Assembly: GCA_021796385.1 (NCBI GenBank)
Contig: JAJYXQ010000023.1
Location: 16,807-80,806 of the forward strand
From: Thermoplasmata archaeon
GTDB lineage: Archaea; Thermoplasmatota; Thermoplasmata; Lutacidiplasmatales; UBA184
DNA length: 64,000 bases
Direction of reading: 5' to 3'
Part shown: in pieces, positions 18,301 through 27,634 of the stretch
Layout: each line of letters begins with the position of its first letter
How positions within the stretch are numbered: position 1 is the stretch's first letter
Translations under genes and position numbers: made by a program
Notes under the pieces: model-generated
Told to the model about the DNA's origin: nothing
Databases searched by the model: none
Seen by the model: the letters and a program-made list of their open reading frames with translations, nothing else

Positions 18301-18598
18301 GTCAACCAACTTCCGTGCTGGGGGCCAGGTGGGAAGTGTGACCATTCATGTGACCGTGACATTGGATCAAGCCAATGTGACCGCCTCCACGCAGGTTTCA
18401 ATCACAGCTCCTCAGTCGACTTTCGTTGGCTTGCCTAGTTATTATGGCTACACTATGATCGGAGTGGTGGTGGCGGCAGCAGTTACGGCGGTGGTAGTGC
18501 TGCTGGCACGGAAAAGGAAGGGTACCCCGGGATACAGAATCCACCAAGACTCGAAGAACATTACGGATGGGGCGGCGATGCCGGTGGCGGTGGAATAG
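15332..18598 (+). CDS. large cell-surface protein with YVTN/NHL-type beta-propeller repeats and C-terminal TM anchor
   Basis: Signal peptide MLNGVIAIFIFSLFVISPADA. Repeated (L/F)(Y/F)VAN..sn.v(t/s)vI units. Very many NxS/T sequons. C-terminal TMIGVVVAAAVTAVVVLLARKRKG. Confidence 0.8.
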   Translation: MRRGLIRRFRREKMLNGVIAIFIFSLFVISPADAGTYSSFPLATQLGHADSGKLSSLKPPLPTVPVQTRYPDSEKKGNHTSLSRSAPGAAEVKDTLDLWNNTLVQGNYVPKSGLQLSSVVDDGPVHAIFIADSASDNVVEINTTTHLAEKYIEVGGDPTALALDSSNGEIFVANGWTNNLTVINASLGEVVGSIPVGIAPVSLAFDPLSGLVYVANLGCLATPIYPCAGVGNATNISVVNPTVDSVIDWIPVPCFYPSLNFDSANELLYVTSENGNRTQIIDTITESELGWINTTKSSGAAALDSQIGTLFVASVSSALQVINLSKGIVVMNFTSGLNGPMAITLDEATQTLFVLNSNGTIVSLSTNGSEEGMVHLGGIESLSFDPIQGVIDALTFTNVDYLAPTVLTLIGSTTVGTGASILTGSGPGPPITTPDSVLLDAQGGLILVANYYAGNISLISEKTHREIADVPPSTSRQNPIALTLDPLNGLVYALYYDGCCVAGTLAAINPNNGTVVTSIAVGLQPTDVVYDPINNVLYVVNSGNRDLSIIDPQSNMVLRSIATWEIPEQDAVDPTNGYLYVSEWGCENSLYCPGMLQVLDPSTEQFVERIPIGERPEGIAFDPWDSEVFVAESYSNDLMIISSTNGTLIGSIPVGSSPYGICFDPLNGFLYVTDSDMYTYPIVGISPVADQGPDNLTEVNGMSNTVTGEISVGASPLAVTWGSSNDTLLVANSVSGTLSFVNPGIIPSPLLNITLSPRSAVIGLGGNVSLNASVVCQPLACPEGVNYTWNMTTYLVGTLIQNHGSTASFHANDSTGRVNVTVNVSIGKYSLGSQPATISITSLTSVGITPDLSRVAPGQSVTLVPHLLCEPVTCPSAAVNLTWIERGVNGSIRNLPNGSVLLVAGAVPGAINITLVVLMGTFTMSARGQVVIVTLLRAFISPNLVTLTPHQSFTLRLQLECSSDPCLGGETYSWSLSDPSLGTLSALHNASTNFRAGGQVGSVTIHVTVTLDQANVTASTQVSITAPQSTFVGLPSYYGYTMIGVVVAAAVTAVVVLLARKRKGTPGYRIHQDSKNITDGAAMPVAVE

Positions 18599-18750
18599 CG
18601 CAGGCTTGGAGTCATCCGTACTTGGACACCGGAGAGATTCTCGGGGAGAACCCTGTAGTTGTCGCACACCAGTCGCAGGCCCGACTCCGTCGCTTTCAGT
18701 TGGGTTGCCGGTTCAACCGCTCCAGCACCATCTCGCAGGCCGAGGGGATA

Positions 18751-18768
18751 CAACGCGGGTTATACATC
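18751..18768 (+). promoter_or_regulatory. shared 18-mer CAACGCGGGTTATACATC, copy 2 (about 90 bp upstream of 18855 gene)
   Basis: Exact match to 14921-14938. Confidence 0.35.
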
Positions 18769-18854
18769 GTTGGCGTTTGCCAATGTGAGGTGGGCAAAAT
18801 CGAAACGGCGGATAGCGAGAGGGACCGACCGATCTTGGAAGGGGGATTGATCCC

Positions 18855-21272
18855 ATGAAGTCGGTGGGGTTCCAATTTCTCCGCCAGACTACTTGTCTTG
18901 GCACGATGACATCCACAACCCCAAGAACAATGCAACATTTGCGAAACAAGCAGCTGTCGGGAACGGCCTTGTCAGTTCATGTCACCGTACTGGTGATCGC
19001 CCTTGTCCTTTTCCTCGAGACTCCCGTACTAGCGGAATCCATTGGGATACAAGGCAAGGCTCCGGTCAGCGCTGCAATCTTGGGCACCACTTCCGGGTAC
19101 TTTGTAAATCGAACTCTCGTGCTCTTCAATCACTCCGTGGTGCAAGGGAACTTCCTCCCCGCCAATGGGATATCTCCGATGAGCATTACAACGGATGGAA
19201 GTTATGGACACCTCTACGTGACGTCGATCGGCATCCAAGTCGCTGGGGGATTCCCTAGCCGGTACGGCAACGGTACGGTAAGCATAGTGAACGCATCCAC
19301 TCAAAGAGTGACTGGCACCGTCCTTGTCGGGAAAGACCCCGTCTCTATCACGTACGATCCCTCCACCCGGCAAGTTTTTGTGGCAAATTACCAATCGGGT
19401 GACATTTCAGTGATAAGCGCGCAAAATGACACCGTGGTCGATACAATCCACCCCCCCTGTGCACCTGCCGACATTGTGGCCGATAGTGTGGTCGGGTACA
19501 TCTACGCACTTTGTCTCAACATCGTTGGCTTCTCAGACTCGAAGCTGATCGACAGTGCAACCTTGCTAGCAATCGGTGATCGGACCTTGGTTACCGTGGC
19601 CAGTGAGTCGGTTCCTCTAGGATCCGATGCCATTGCCTTGGACAGTTCCACCGGTGACCTATACATAATTGGTGCTTACGGTCTCTCGGGAAATGTCACC
19701 ATTGTGTCCGGGTCAACGGACACCGTGGTGTCTGTGGTCTCTATCGGACAACCGACGTACGGATGGTCCTATGATGATCTCAATGGAGAGATGTATCTAT
19801 TGTCGGGGTCGAACCTAAGCGAGCTCAACACGACCAGTAACACTGTGGTTCCGGTGATTCCATTGCCGCCGGGAATCTCAGACACGGTGTTCGACTCGGC
19901 GGGTAATCTCCTCTATCTCTTGAACTCAAGCGCAAATCAGATCGATGTGCTCTCCGCGGGAAGCAACAAATTGGTGGGGACCTCGAACGTGGGTTCGTTT
20001 CCCATCGCAGGGACCTTCGACCCTGGCACCGGTCAGGCGTATATTTTGAACCTCGTTTCGAATGACGTCAGTGAGCTTTCCGGCATCACGTCGAAAGGAA
20101 TCATATCGCTAGGTGCGCTTCCCACCCAACTTGCCTTGAACGGTGACACCCATGATGTCTGTGTAGCAACCGGCGGAATAAATTATCAACCCGGCTACCT
20201 CGCATTGTTGAACGGCACTACCGGTGCCGTAACACGAACCACCTCAGTAAGTTATGTGCCGGAATATCTTTTCTGGGATAACTATAGCCGAGACTTTTAT
20301 CTCTCTAACGCGACTTCAAATGACGTTTTGGTCTTCAACGCTAGTCTCACGACCCGGCTCACCTCTGTTTCGATGGGCCTTTTCGAGCCCGAGGGGTTGG
20401 CCTCGGATGACGCAATCCACCGACTCTATGTTGCCAGCACCTACACGAACAATCTCAGCGTAATCAACGAGAGTGACAATAATCTGACAACCCCGATTGT
20501 GCTTGGGGGGGGGTCTTGGGGGGTTGCCTTTGACCCTGCCAACGGGATCGTGTATGTTACGGTCCCTGGATCCGATACGGTCAAAATGGTGAGAGCGACA
20601 GACGGTAGCGTGCTCGGAATGATCCCTGTAGGCACCCAACCTGAGGCGGTGTTGTATGATCCGGCCGATTCCGACCTCTATGTCGCTAATGTAGCTGATG
20701 GAACCGTTTCAGCCATTGACACCACGACTGGGTCGGTGGTCGACACGTTGCAGGTCGGTTTGCTGCCTGCCGCATTGACGTACGACCCCGACACGGGCGA
20801 TGTGCTGGTCGCAAACTCCGGATCTGACAGCGTGACTACGATTAATGCCACATCAAACTCAGTCCTAGGGACCGTGGAGGTCGGCCAGGACCCAACGGCC
20901 CTCGTCTACGATCCGGCGGACCGTGCCGTCTATGTCGCCGATGCCCTGTCCGGCTCACTGTCGATCTTGGGTTTCGCCGGATTGAAGTTTAACATCCCTC
21001 TGAACACACCCTTTCCGTCATCAGCGATAGTTTGGTTCGTGATCATTGCCGTCACGGTCACTGCGATCATCATTTTCGTCAAGGTGCGGAAAAAGCGGGA
21101 AAAGGAGAGCCAGAGTACGGTGGCGGTGTCCGCGCCCACAACGAAGCACCTACCGCGCAATTTGCCCCTACCCCCACGGGGGCACACTTGGCAGGTCATC
21201 GCAGGTCGAGACCCTAATGCGGAAAACAGGGTCGAGAATGACCTCCCTCAAGGCGACGAGGAGAGATCCTAA
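18855..21272 (+). CDS. cell-surface protein with YVTN/NHL beta-propeller repeats and C-terminal TM anchor (paralog)
   Basis: Signal-anchor ALSVHVTVLVIALVLFL. Repeats of type LYVTS/FVANY/YVAN...ISVI. C-terminal IVWFVIIAVTVTAIIIFVKVRKKREKE. Confidence 0.8.
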   Translation: MKSVGFQFLRQTTCLGTMTSTTPRTMQHLRNKQLSGTALSVHVTVLVIALVLFLETPVLAESIGIQGKAPVSAAILGTTSGYFVNRTLVLFNHSVVQGNFLPANGISPMSITTDGSYGHLYVTSIGIQVAGGFPSRYGNGTVSIVNASTQRVTGTVLVGKDPVSITYDPSTRQVFVANYQSGDISVISAQNDTVVDTIHPPCAPADIVADSVVGYIYALCLNIVGFSDSKLIDSATLLAIGDRTLVTVASESVPLGSDAIALDSSTGDLYIIGAYGLSGNVTIVSGSTDTVVSVVSIGQPTYGWSYDDLNGEMYLLSGSNLSELNTTSNTVVPVIPLPPGISDTVFDSAGNLLYLLNSSANQIDVLSAGSNKLVGTSNVGSFPIAGTFDPGTGQAYILNLVSNDVSELSGITSKGIISLGALPTQLALNGDTHDVCVATGGINYQPGYLALLNGTTGAVTRTTSVSYVPEYLFWDNYSRDFYLSNATSNDVLVFNASLTTRLTSVSMGLFEPEGLASDDAIHRLYVASTYTNNLSVINESDNNLTTPIVLGGGSWGVAFDPANGIVYVTVPGSDTVKMVRATDGSVLGMIPVGTQPEAVLYDPADSDLYVANVADGTVSAIDTTTGSVVDTLQVGLLPAALTYDPDTGDVLVANSGSDSVTTINATSNSVLGTVEVGQDPTALVYDPADRAVYVADALSGSLSILGFAGLKFNIPLNTPFPSSAIVWFVIIAVTVTAIIIFVKVRKKREKESQSTVAVSAPTTKHLPRNLPLPPRGHTWQVIAGRDPNAENRVENDLPQGDEERS

Positions 21273-21387
21273 GGGCTCGTTAGGGACTATGGCGACCAAC
21301 CGACTTCAGGATGATGGGGCAGCCCGACCCCTCTTCTAAAAAGTGAGACAGCGGACTTTCGCGCCTTTTGTGAGCCCTCCACCCATC

Positions 21388-21425
21388 GATAGATGGCCTT
21401 TCACTGGATTCCTTGGGCAAACTAT
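21388..21425. repeat. about 35-bp repeat TTTCACTGGATTCCTTGGGCAAACTAT (second copy at 22796-22833)
   Basis: Near-identical stretch in two intergenic/5' regions 1.4 kb apart. Confidence 0.4.
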
Positions 21426-21619
21426 CCATAAGTCCGTCGGGCGTTCCCACGTCGGCACGCCGAGGGAAGTGTAGGATGGGCAACTGTTCACGGTGTCGCA
21501 TGCTAAACCTGCCAACTGCCCCTCGCCGGAGCCAGTAATATGCGTGGTTCCCCCACCCTGATTTACGAATGAAATGCACACGCAATCCTGTGCAAGGCCG
21601 CAAAGGGTAAGTCGGTGCA

Positions 21620-22438
21620 GTGGTACTGAAGGTCGACATGGCAGAATTCGACCTCGTCGCCCCGATGTATGACGAGACGCGGCTTCCACCCACCCAGAAG
21701 CAGCTTGAGGCGGTGGCAAGGGCCCTGGGGGACGCGCGCAGGGTACTCGAGGGCGGCGTGGGAACCGGGCGGTATGCCCTCCCCCTTCTTCAGCGGGGAT
21801 TTCGCCTGACGGGGATCGATCTCTCGCTCCCGATGATGCATCGGGCCCGCGCCAAGGGATTAGACTCCCTGGTGCGGGGAGACCTCTACCACCTCCCGTT
21901 CCGGGATCGCTACTTCGAGGCCACGCTCATCGTCCACGTGCTGCAACTCCTCCCCGACCCCTTTCCCGTCCTTCGGGAGTTGGCCCGGGTGGCGGACTGC
22001 AGGGTGGTCACCTACCTGCCCGACCACCGGGGGGTGGGTCGTGCAATCCGTAGGGAGGTCCGGACGCGGTACATCGAACTCGCGCGTGAGATGGGGTATA
22101 CGGTGGAGGTGAAGACCCGGTACTGGGAGAACGGGAACAAGATCCTCGAACGGTTCCCCCCCGAAGAGATCTTCGAGCTTGAGGAGGAGCACACACCCGA
22201 CCCCGAGGCGGCCAAGCGATGGCGGGACCTCCGGTACTTCTGGGGTCTTGTGACGGTTCCCCCGGAGGTCCACGAGAAGATCGTGGAGCGGCTGCGCGCG
22301 GAGATACCCCGCCCTGAGAAGCCTTGGGAACCCCGGGTGCGCCACTCCCGGGTGGCCGCTTGGGACGCCCGAAAGCTCTACGATGCGATTGCCCGCTCTC
22401 TTGACCAGACCGGGGCCAGCTCAGCGGGAACGGTCTAG
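21620..22438 (+). CDS. class I SAM-dependent methyltransferase
   Basis: Motif I VLEGGVGTGRYALPL. Post-I acidic D in GIDLS. Motif II DLYHLPF. Confidence 0.75.
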   Translation: MVLKVDMAEFDLVAPMYDETRLPPTQKQLEAVARALGDARRVLEGGVGTGRYALPLLQRGFRLTGIDLSLPMMHRARAKGLDSLVRGDLYHLPFRDRYFEATLIVHVLQLLPDPFPVLRELARVADCRVVTYLPDHRGVGRAIRREVRTRYIELAREMGYTVEVKTRYWENGNKILERFPPEEIFELEEEHTPDPEAAKRWRDLRYFWGLVTVPPEVHEKIVERLRAEIPRPEKPWEPRVRHSRVAAWDARKLYDAIARSLDQTGASSAGTV

Positions 22439-22791
22439 GGCCGAGGTCAGCTCGGAGATCGTGGTCCGGTGCGATGCCCGGACATCGTACTTGTGGATCG
22501 ACTCCTCGCTCTCCGTTTCCGCAAGCACCTCGGTCAAAGGGGGGATGTCCTTGAAGCGTTCTGCGGCGAGGATCAGCACCGAGCGGACCACGTCCTCTAC
22601 GAACTTCGGCTTGCGGTGGGCATTGAGAACGAGGCGTCCCTCCCCCCTCGCTTCAGGATGGCATACGTGGGAGAGCCCTGGGCGTTGCCGATGACGTCGA
22701 GAATGTCCTCGACCCTGTCGTCCTCCCCCACGGTGAGAGACAGCTGCGTGCGGTTCCGCTGATTGTGGGTGATGATCGGAAGCTTGGCCAT
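22421..22791 (-). pseudogene. hypothetical protein interrupted by a frameshift at a G6 homopolymer (frames MAKLPIITHNQ... then ...RLVLNAHRKPKFVEDVV...)
   Basis: Two overlapping ORFs in different frames. Inserting one G in the run AAGCGAGGGGGGAGGGAC fuses them into one 124-aa ORF. Confidence 0.4.
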
Positions 22792-22842
22792 CGAGTCCTT
22801 TCACTGGATTCCCTGGGCGAACTATTCATCGTCCTTTGGGTG

Positions 22843-23040
22843 TCACTTCCTCTGCCTCTTCGCCTGAAGCCCCAGGCGGAGGAGATAGTGCACACGGTCG
22901 CTGAACGGCCGGATTTCCTCCTCGACCTGCGCGCGGATCTCCCGCTCCAGTTCCTCGGGCAGGTAGACGGTCACCTTGACCTTGCCTTGGCTCGGTTGCC
23001 CTAGGTGGCCCCGGGTCATGGGGGAAATCATGAGGCTCAA
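22843..23040 (-). CDS. ribbon-helix-helix (CopG/Arc-like) protein, copy 2 (likely true start at about 23019, MTRGHLGQ)
   Basis: QGKVKVTVYLPEELEREIRAQVEEEIRPFSDRVHYLLRLGLQAKRQRK. About 88% nt identity to copy 1, including the upstream region. Confidence 0.7.
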   Translation of the reverse strand: MSLMISPMTRGHLGQPSQGKVKVTVYLPEELEREIRAQVEEEIRPFSDRVHYLLRLGLQAKRQRK

Positions 23041-23306
23041 ACATAGAAACGGTTCTAATGGATTATTGATGTTGTATAACTGCAGCTATACGTCTTACAG
23101 AATAGAAAAGGCCTTGGAAGGCCGACTCTGGTCTCGTCCCGACCTTGATCTCTGCATGGGTCTTATCGGCGAGCCTTACGCTCTTTGCGGCCTCAACCTG
23201 GGGAAAGGCGCTCCCTGACATCAACCCCTTTTCAAGCAGCACTTACACACCTTCCATGGTCTGTCCTCTCGGCCACTTGAAATAGCGCGGCGGCATTGCA
23301 ATTACA

Positions 23307-25571
23307 GTGGTCGGGTTGAGGCGGGGCTGTTGGAATACCCGGATCCGCTTTGGACCCTGTGCCATCCTTGTCGTGGCCTTTCTCATGGTCCCCATTGTTC
23401 CGGGGATCCACTCGGCTTCGGAGCCGAGTGGTCTTACGGTCCCGAAGGCGAGCTTTTCTTCGCACCGAGCGGCGCCGCTCGCCGGGTCGCTACCGCACGG
23501 TATGGGCTCCGTGGCCTGGACCCTTTGTCTTTCTGATGGGATCCTATTGAACGGCACCCAAGGGTGCGCCGCCAACAACTTGAGCTCGGACGCCGGAGAC
23601 TGGGACCCGGCCGTGGGGGACCTCTACGTGGCGAACCGGGGCACTGCCAACGTTTCGATCGTGAACGTGGGGCAAGGGAGGGTCTTGGGCTCGATCAACG
23701 TCGGCAGCGGCCCGGACGCGGTCTTCCACGACTCCTCACGGAACCTCTTTGTGGGAAACTACGTTTCGAAGAACCTCTCCGTGATATTCACCGGGAACAA
23801 CTTGGCCGGTTCCTTCAACATCGGGACCGCCGTCTCCTCGGGTGTCTACGACCCCGATGACCAGCGGCTCTACTTCGTCGAACCCCTGAACAATACCGTC
23901 AAAGTGCTCGATGACATCCCACTTTACCTCGTGAAGAACGTCACGGTCGGCACGGCCCCGACCTCGATTGCCTTTGATGCTGCGGATGGGGACCTCTACG
24001 TAACGAACTCTGGCTCGAACAATGTCACGGTGGTCAACGGTACCCGCGACACCGTGCTCGCCAATATCCCGGTAGGGGTGAGACCGTCGGGGATTGCCTA
24101 CGACCCCGTCGCCAAGGAGCTTTTTGTCTCGAACCAAGGCAGCGACAACGTGACCATCATCAACGGCACCTCCTATGCCGTGGTCGGCAGCGTGGGGGTC
24201 GGGAGCCAGCCCGCGAGCCTTGCCTTCGACTCGTTCAACGGATTCGTCTACGTGGCCAATCAGAATTCGGGCAATCTGACCGTGATCAATGCGACGAGCC
24301 GAAGTGTCGTGGGTTCGATTCCCGTCGTAGGGGGTCCCTCCATGGGAGTTTCCGTGGACACGACCAATGGCTACGTCTGCGTGGAGAACTCGGGAGCCGG
24401 CTCGGTTGCGATCATTCCCACCGGGCGCCTTCCTCCCCATTATACCCTCTCCTTCTCCGAGACGGGCCTTCCCTCGGGTTTCACCTGGTCCGTATACGTA
24501 GGTGGCTACCGTTACACTTCGAGCCAGTCCCTGTTGAACGTGAGCGTAACGAATGGCACCTACTCGTATGTGGTGGGAACCCTCGGGAGATATGCCGTCT
24601 CCCCCACCGCCGGTAATGTCACGGTCCGGGGAGCTGCCGTGACTTCAGTGTCCCTCATCTTCTATCCGATCAGCACGAACAAGACGGTCTCCTTCCACGA
24701 GACGGGACTCCCCAGTGGCACGGGTTTCGGAGTGACGCTCAACCAGACCTTCATGAACGGATTCAGGTACATCAATTTCTCCATGGCGAATGGCACCTAC
24801 CCGTACTCCGTGCAAGATGACGTCGGGTACACGGAGACCCCGGCCTCCGGGAACGTTACCGTCAGTGGCGCCAATGTTATGGTGACGGTCACGTTCATCC
24901 CGCTTCCTCCGGGCGTCTATTCGGTGCAGTTCCAGGAAACCGGCTTACCTACGGGACACAGTTGGACGGTCCTGCTGGGATCTACCTCGTTGACCTCGAC
25001 GTCGAGCTCGATCACTTTTTCATCCCCGAATGGAACGGAGAATTACACCATCCCGAACACGGGCGCCTTCACCCCGGCAAAGGCCAAGGGTCAGGTCACG
25101 GTCAACGGCAACGGGATGCAGGTGTTCGTATACTTCTCCCCACTGCCACGACTGACCCATTTTAACGTGACATTCACGGAGTCGGGGCTCGCCAACGGGG
25201 TTTGGTGGTACGTGAACCTCACATACTCCAGTGGAGGGGAACGGAACACCACGACCAACCCCACCATCGTCATGTACCTCACCAACGGGACGTACAATTT
25301 CACGACGGGTACGTTGAACAAAAGCCAGTACCGGGTGAGCCCCAGTACCGGGCACCTCACCGTGAACGGCTCCTCGCTCACGGAGAGCATCCGGTTCACC
25401 TCCAACGCATCCGGCTCATCGAATCCGGGCCTTGGCGGCACATCGGGCAACGCTCTCGAGGTGATCGCCATCGTCATAGGGGTCGTGGCCGCGGCGTTGG
25501 TGGTCATCGTCGTCCTTTTCCTGCGCCAGAGGAAGCAACCCCCGAAGACCCAGACCCCGGGACCGACGTAG
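23307..25571 (+). CDS. cell-surface protein with YVTN/NHL beta-propeller repeats, Ig-like beta-sandwich region and C-terminal TM anchor (paralog)
   Basis: Signal peptide CAILVVAFLMVPIVPGIHSA. LYVANRGTANVSIVN / LYVTNSGSNNVTVVN repeats. C-terminal VIAIVIGVVAAALVVIVVLFLRQRKQ. Confidence 0.8.
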   Translation: MVGLRRGCWNTRIRFGPCAILVVAFLMVPIVPGIHSASEPSGLTVPKASFSSHRAAPLAGSLPHGMGSVAWTLCLSDGILLNGTQGCAANNLSSDAGDWDPAVGDLYVANRGTANVSIVNVGQGRVLGSINVGSGPDAVFHDSSRNLFVGNYVSKNLSVIFTGNNLAGSFNIGTAVSSGVYDPDDQRLYFVEPLNNTVKVLDDIPLYLVKNVTVGTAPTSIAFDAADGDLYVTNSGSNNVTVVNGTRDTVLANIPVGVRPSGIAYDPVAKELFVSNQGSDNVTIINGTSYAVVGSVGVGSQPASLAFDSFNGFVYVANQNSGNLTVINATSRSVVGSIPVVGGPSMGVSVDTTNGYVCVENSGAGSVAIIPTGRLPPHYTLSFSETGLPSGFTWSVYVGGYRYTSSQSLLNVSVTNGTYSYVVGTLGRYAVSPTAGNVTVRGAAVTSVSLIFYPISTNKTVSFHETGLPSGTGFGVTLNQTFMNGFRYINFSMANGTYPYSVQDDVGYTETPASGNVTVSGANVMVTVTFIPLPPGVYSVQFQETGLPTGHSWTVLLGSTSLTSTSSSITFSSPNGTENYTIPNTGAFTPAKAKGQVTVNGNGMQVFVYFSPLPRLTHFNVTFTESGLANGVWWYVNLTYSSGGERNTTTNPTIVMYLTNGTYNFTTGTLNKSQYRVSPSTGHLTVNGSSLTESIRFTSNASGSSNPGLGGTSGNALEVIAIVIGVVAAALVVIVVLFLRQRKQPPKTQTPGPT

Positions 25572-26297
25572 CGGGACATCGACGCGCCTTCCTTGTACTC
25601 TCAGTTGCGCCTAGTTGCCCTCACCCCATTCGAAGCGCATGATTGGTGGGAGTCCTGTGGTTCGGTTAAGACTCAAGGGCTTGAGGAAGGACAACGTAGG
25701 TGTCCCTCGTATGCTTCCATGGACCTCCTCCAAGCTTACTCGTAAAGGTCTCGGGTTTCGTCCTGAGCCGACCTTGAGGTGGGAAAACTCGACCAGTGGG
25801 GTGCAACCCGTAGCCCCCACCCCTCTCGTCGTGCCATTCGGGGTGCAGGAAATGGATGTCTTGGTCCTCCCTGTGGAAATGTTTGTCCAAGTAGAGGGCA
25901 TGTAGGTCTCAGCAACCCCCGCGCAAGGAGTCGCCGCACAGCCGTAAAAGGTCAAGTGACCCGAGAGACCTGCGAGCGCGCAAGTCACGGTAGGCCGATA
26001 GGGCGGGCAGCCGTCGCCGCCCCGAAAGCCCCAACTTTCAGACTGCGAGCGCTCAAAGGGGTCGCCGAGAAGCTCCTCCCAACCCACCCTCTGTGAATCC
26101 TAAGCGATTCAAACCTTCGCTCCTCCTGAAGAATTGGAGCGAGCACACCTGCATCCTCAGACCTTCCCCGCAGACTAAAGCGATGGTGCAAACGAAACAC
26201 ATTCCTCGCCGAGGATCTCAAGACCGACAAGCTTGCGGAACAACGTCAGAGTGAGCTTGGTCCCGGGAGCGATGGGCCCCCGGTGGTTTGGCCAGGA

Positions 26298-27344
26298 CTA
26301 TTCGAGGTGGTCCGAAGGGCCTAGGGAGAGCCGAGTGGCGAGGTTGATTCCCTCCCGCCTCCATACGTAGACCAAGAGCAATAGGAAGACGATCGCGAAC
26401 GGCACCGAGAGACCGTCCCCGATCAGGGTCCCGAAGACGGCATCCCAGAGCAGAAACGCCGCCCCCATACCCATAGCGAAGGCTGTCTGATGGAGCCGGT
26501 TCTCTTTCCAGCCGGCCCGGGTGAGGAGGAAGTACAACACGAGCCCACTGCTGAGGATGTAGAAGGCGCCCAACACCTCCCAGTAGGCCACGGAGTGGGA
26601 TCCGATGATGTATACGAACAGGAGCGAGAAGAGCCAGCAGAATGCCACAAGGAAGAACTGGCGAGGGGGTGCCGACGGCCGAGGTGTTCGCATCACCGAG
26701 GTGAACCCATCCATGGGGATCTTCCAGGCAAGGAGGATCAGGCCAAGTCCCAACGCGGCAATGAAGAGTAGGGCCGGGAGGAAGGCCATGATGCCATCGG
26801 GGTCCGACTTCAGGAACTGCAAGCCGATGTCGACAGTGAAGCATGCTGCGACGACCGGAGTCCCTCGGGAACCTAGGAGTGGCTTTCCCTTATACACAGG
26901 GAAGAGCAGCGCCACGACCAGCAGTTGGAGGCCGATACTGACCGCGGCATGGAAGATGTCGATGGGAATGAAGGTCGCCCACTCAATCCCCAGGGCGCGT
27001 CCGTACCCCCCCGGGATCTGGGTGATCCGGAACTGGGCGCCCGGGTCCACGAACGTCTTGGTCGCAAACCCTTCCTCGGCGATCCCGTATGCGGCACCCA
27101 GGGGCAGCACGGAGAGCCAGCCCTTCCCCCAACGAGCGGCGGCCTCCCAGACAAGGAGGGCGCCGCACCCGTACATGCCCAAGAGCGTCACGAACCCAAC
27201 GGCGCCGCGTGGGCTCAGCAATTCCGGGACCGGTGTCGAGAGCGAGAGGACCTCGGGGAAAGCCGCCGCGAAGACCAGCAAGACCAGCACGGGGACCCAT
27301 CGAGGGTGACCTGGAGAAACCATCGAGGTCGAGGGACGGTTCAT
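26298..27344 (-). CDS. polytopic integral membrane protein, function unknown
   Basis: 348 aa with about 9 hydrophobic helices. Convincing high-GC third-position codon usage. Confidence 0.6.
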   Translation of the reverse strand: MNRPSTSMVSPGHPRWVPVLVLLVFAAAFPEVLSLSTPVPELLSPRGAVGFVTLLGMYGCGALLVWEAAARWGKGWLSVLPLGAAYGIAEEGFATKTFVDPGAQFRITQIPGGYGRALGIEWATFIPIDIFHAAVSIGLQLLVVALLFPVYKGKPLLGSRGTPVVAACFTVDIGLQFLKSDPDGIMAFLPALLFIAALGLGLILLAWKIPMDGFTSVMRTPRPSAPPRQFFLVAFCWLFSLLFVYIIGSHSVAYWEVLGAFYILSSGLVLYFLLTRAGWKENRLHQTAFAMGMGAAFLLWDAVFGTLIGDGLSVPFAIVFLLLLVYVWRREGINLATRLSLGPSDHLE

Positions 27345-27634
27345 GCGCGAAACGGGGCGGAACCCGCGTGGTTATCACCCGTAACGCAGATCTGCCCAGG
27401 CGAACCCAAGGAGCTCCCCTTCACGCACCGTGCCCTGAGCGGGATGGGTCTCCCAGCTTATGGACCTTTGCATTGAAGGGATCCGGCTGAAACTCCTGGC
27501 GAGTGGGGCGAACTGGTTGGAGGGTGCCGTGCCGTTCGTGACGACTTCGACACCCTCGGAGCAGAGGGAGCCGCACTCCCTCTGCCGGCGGGCTACGAGT
27601 TTTCGGTCTGTGCCACCTGGTGTACCCGGCCCCC

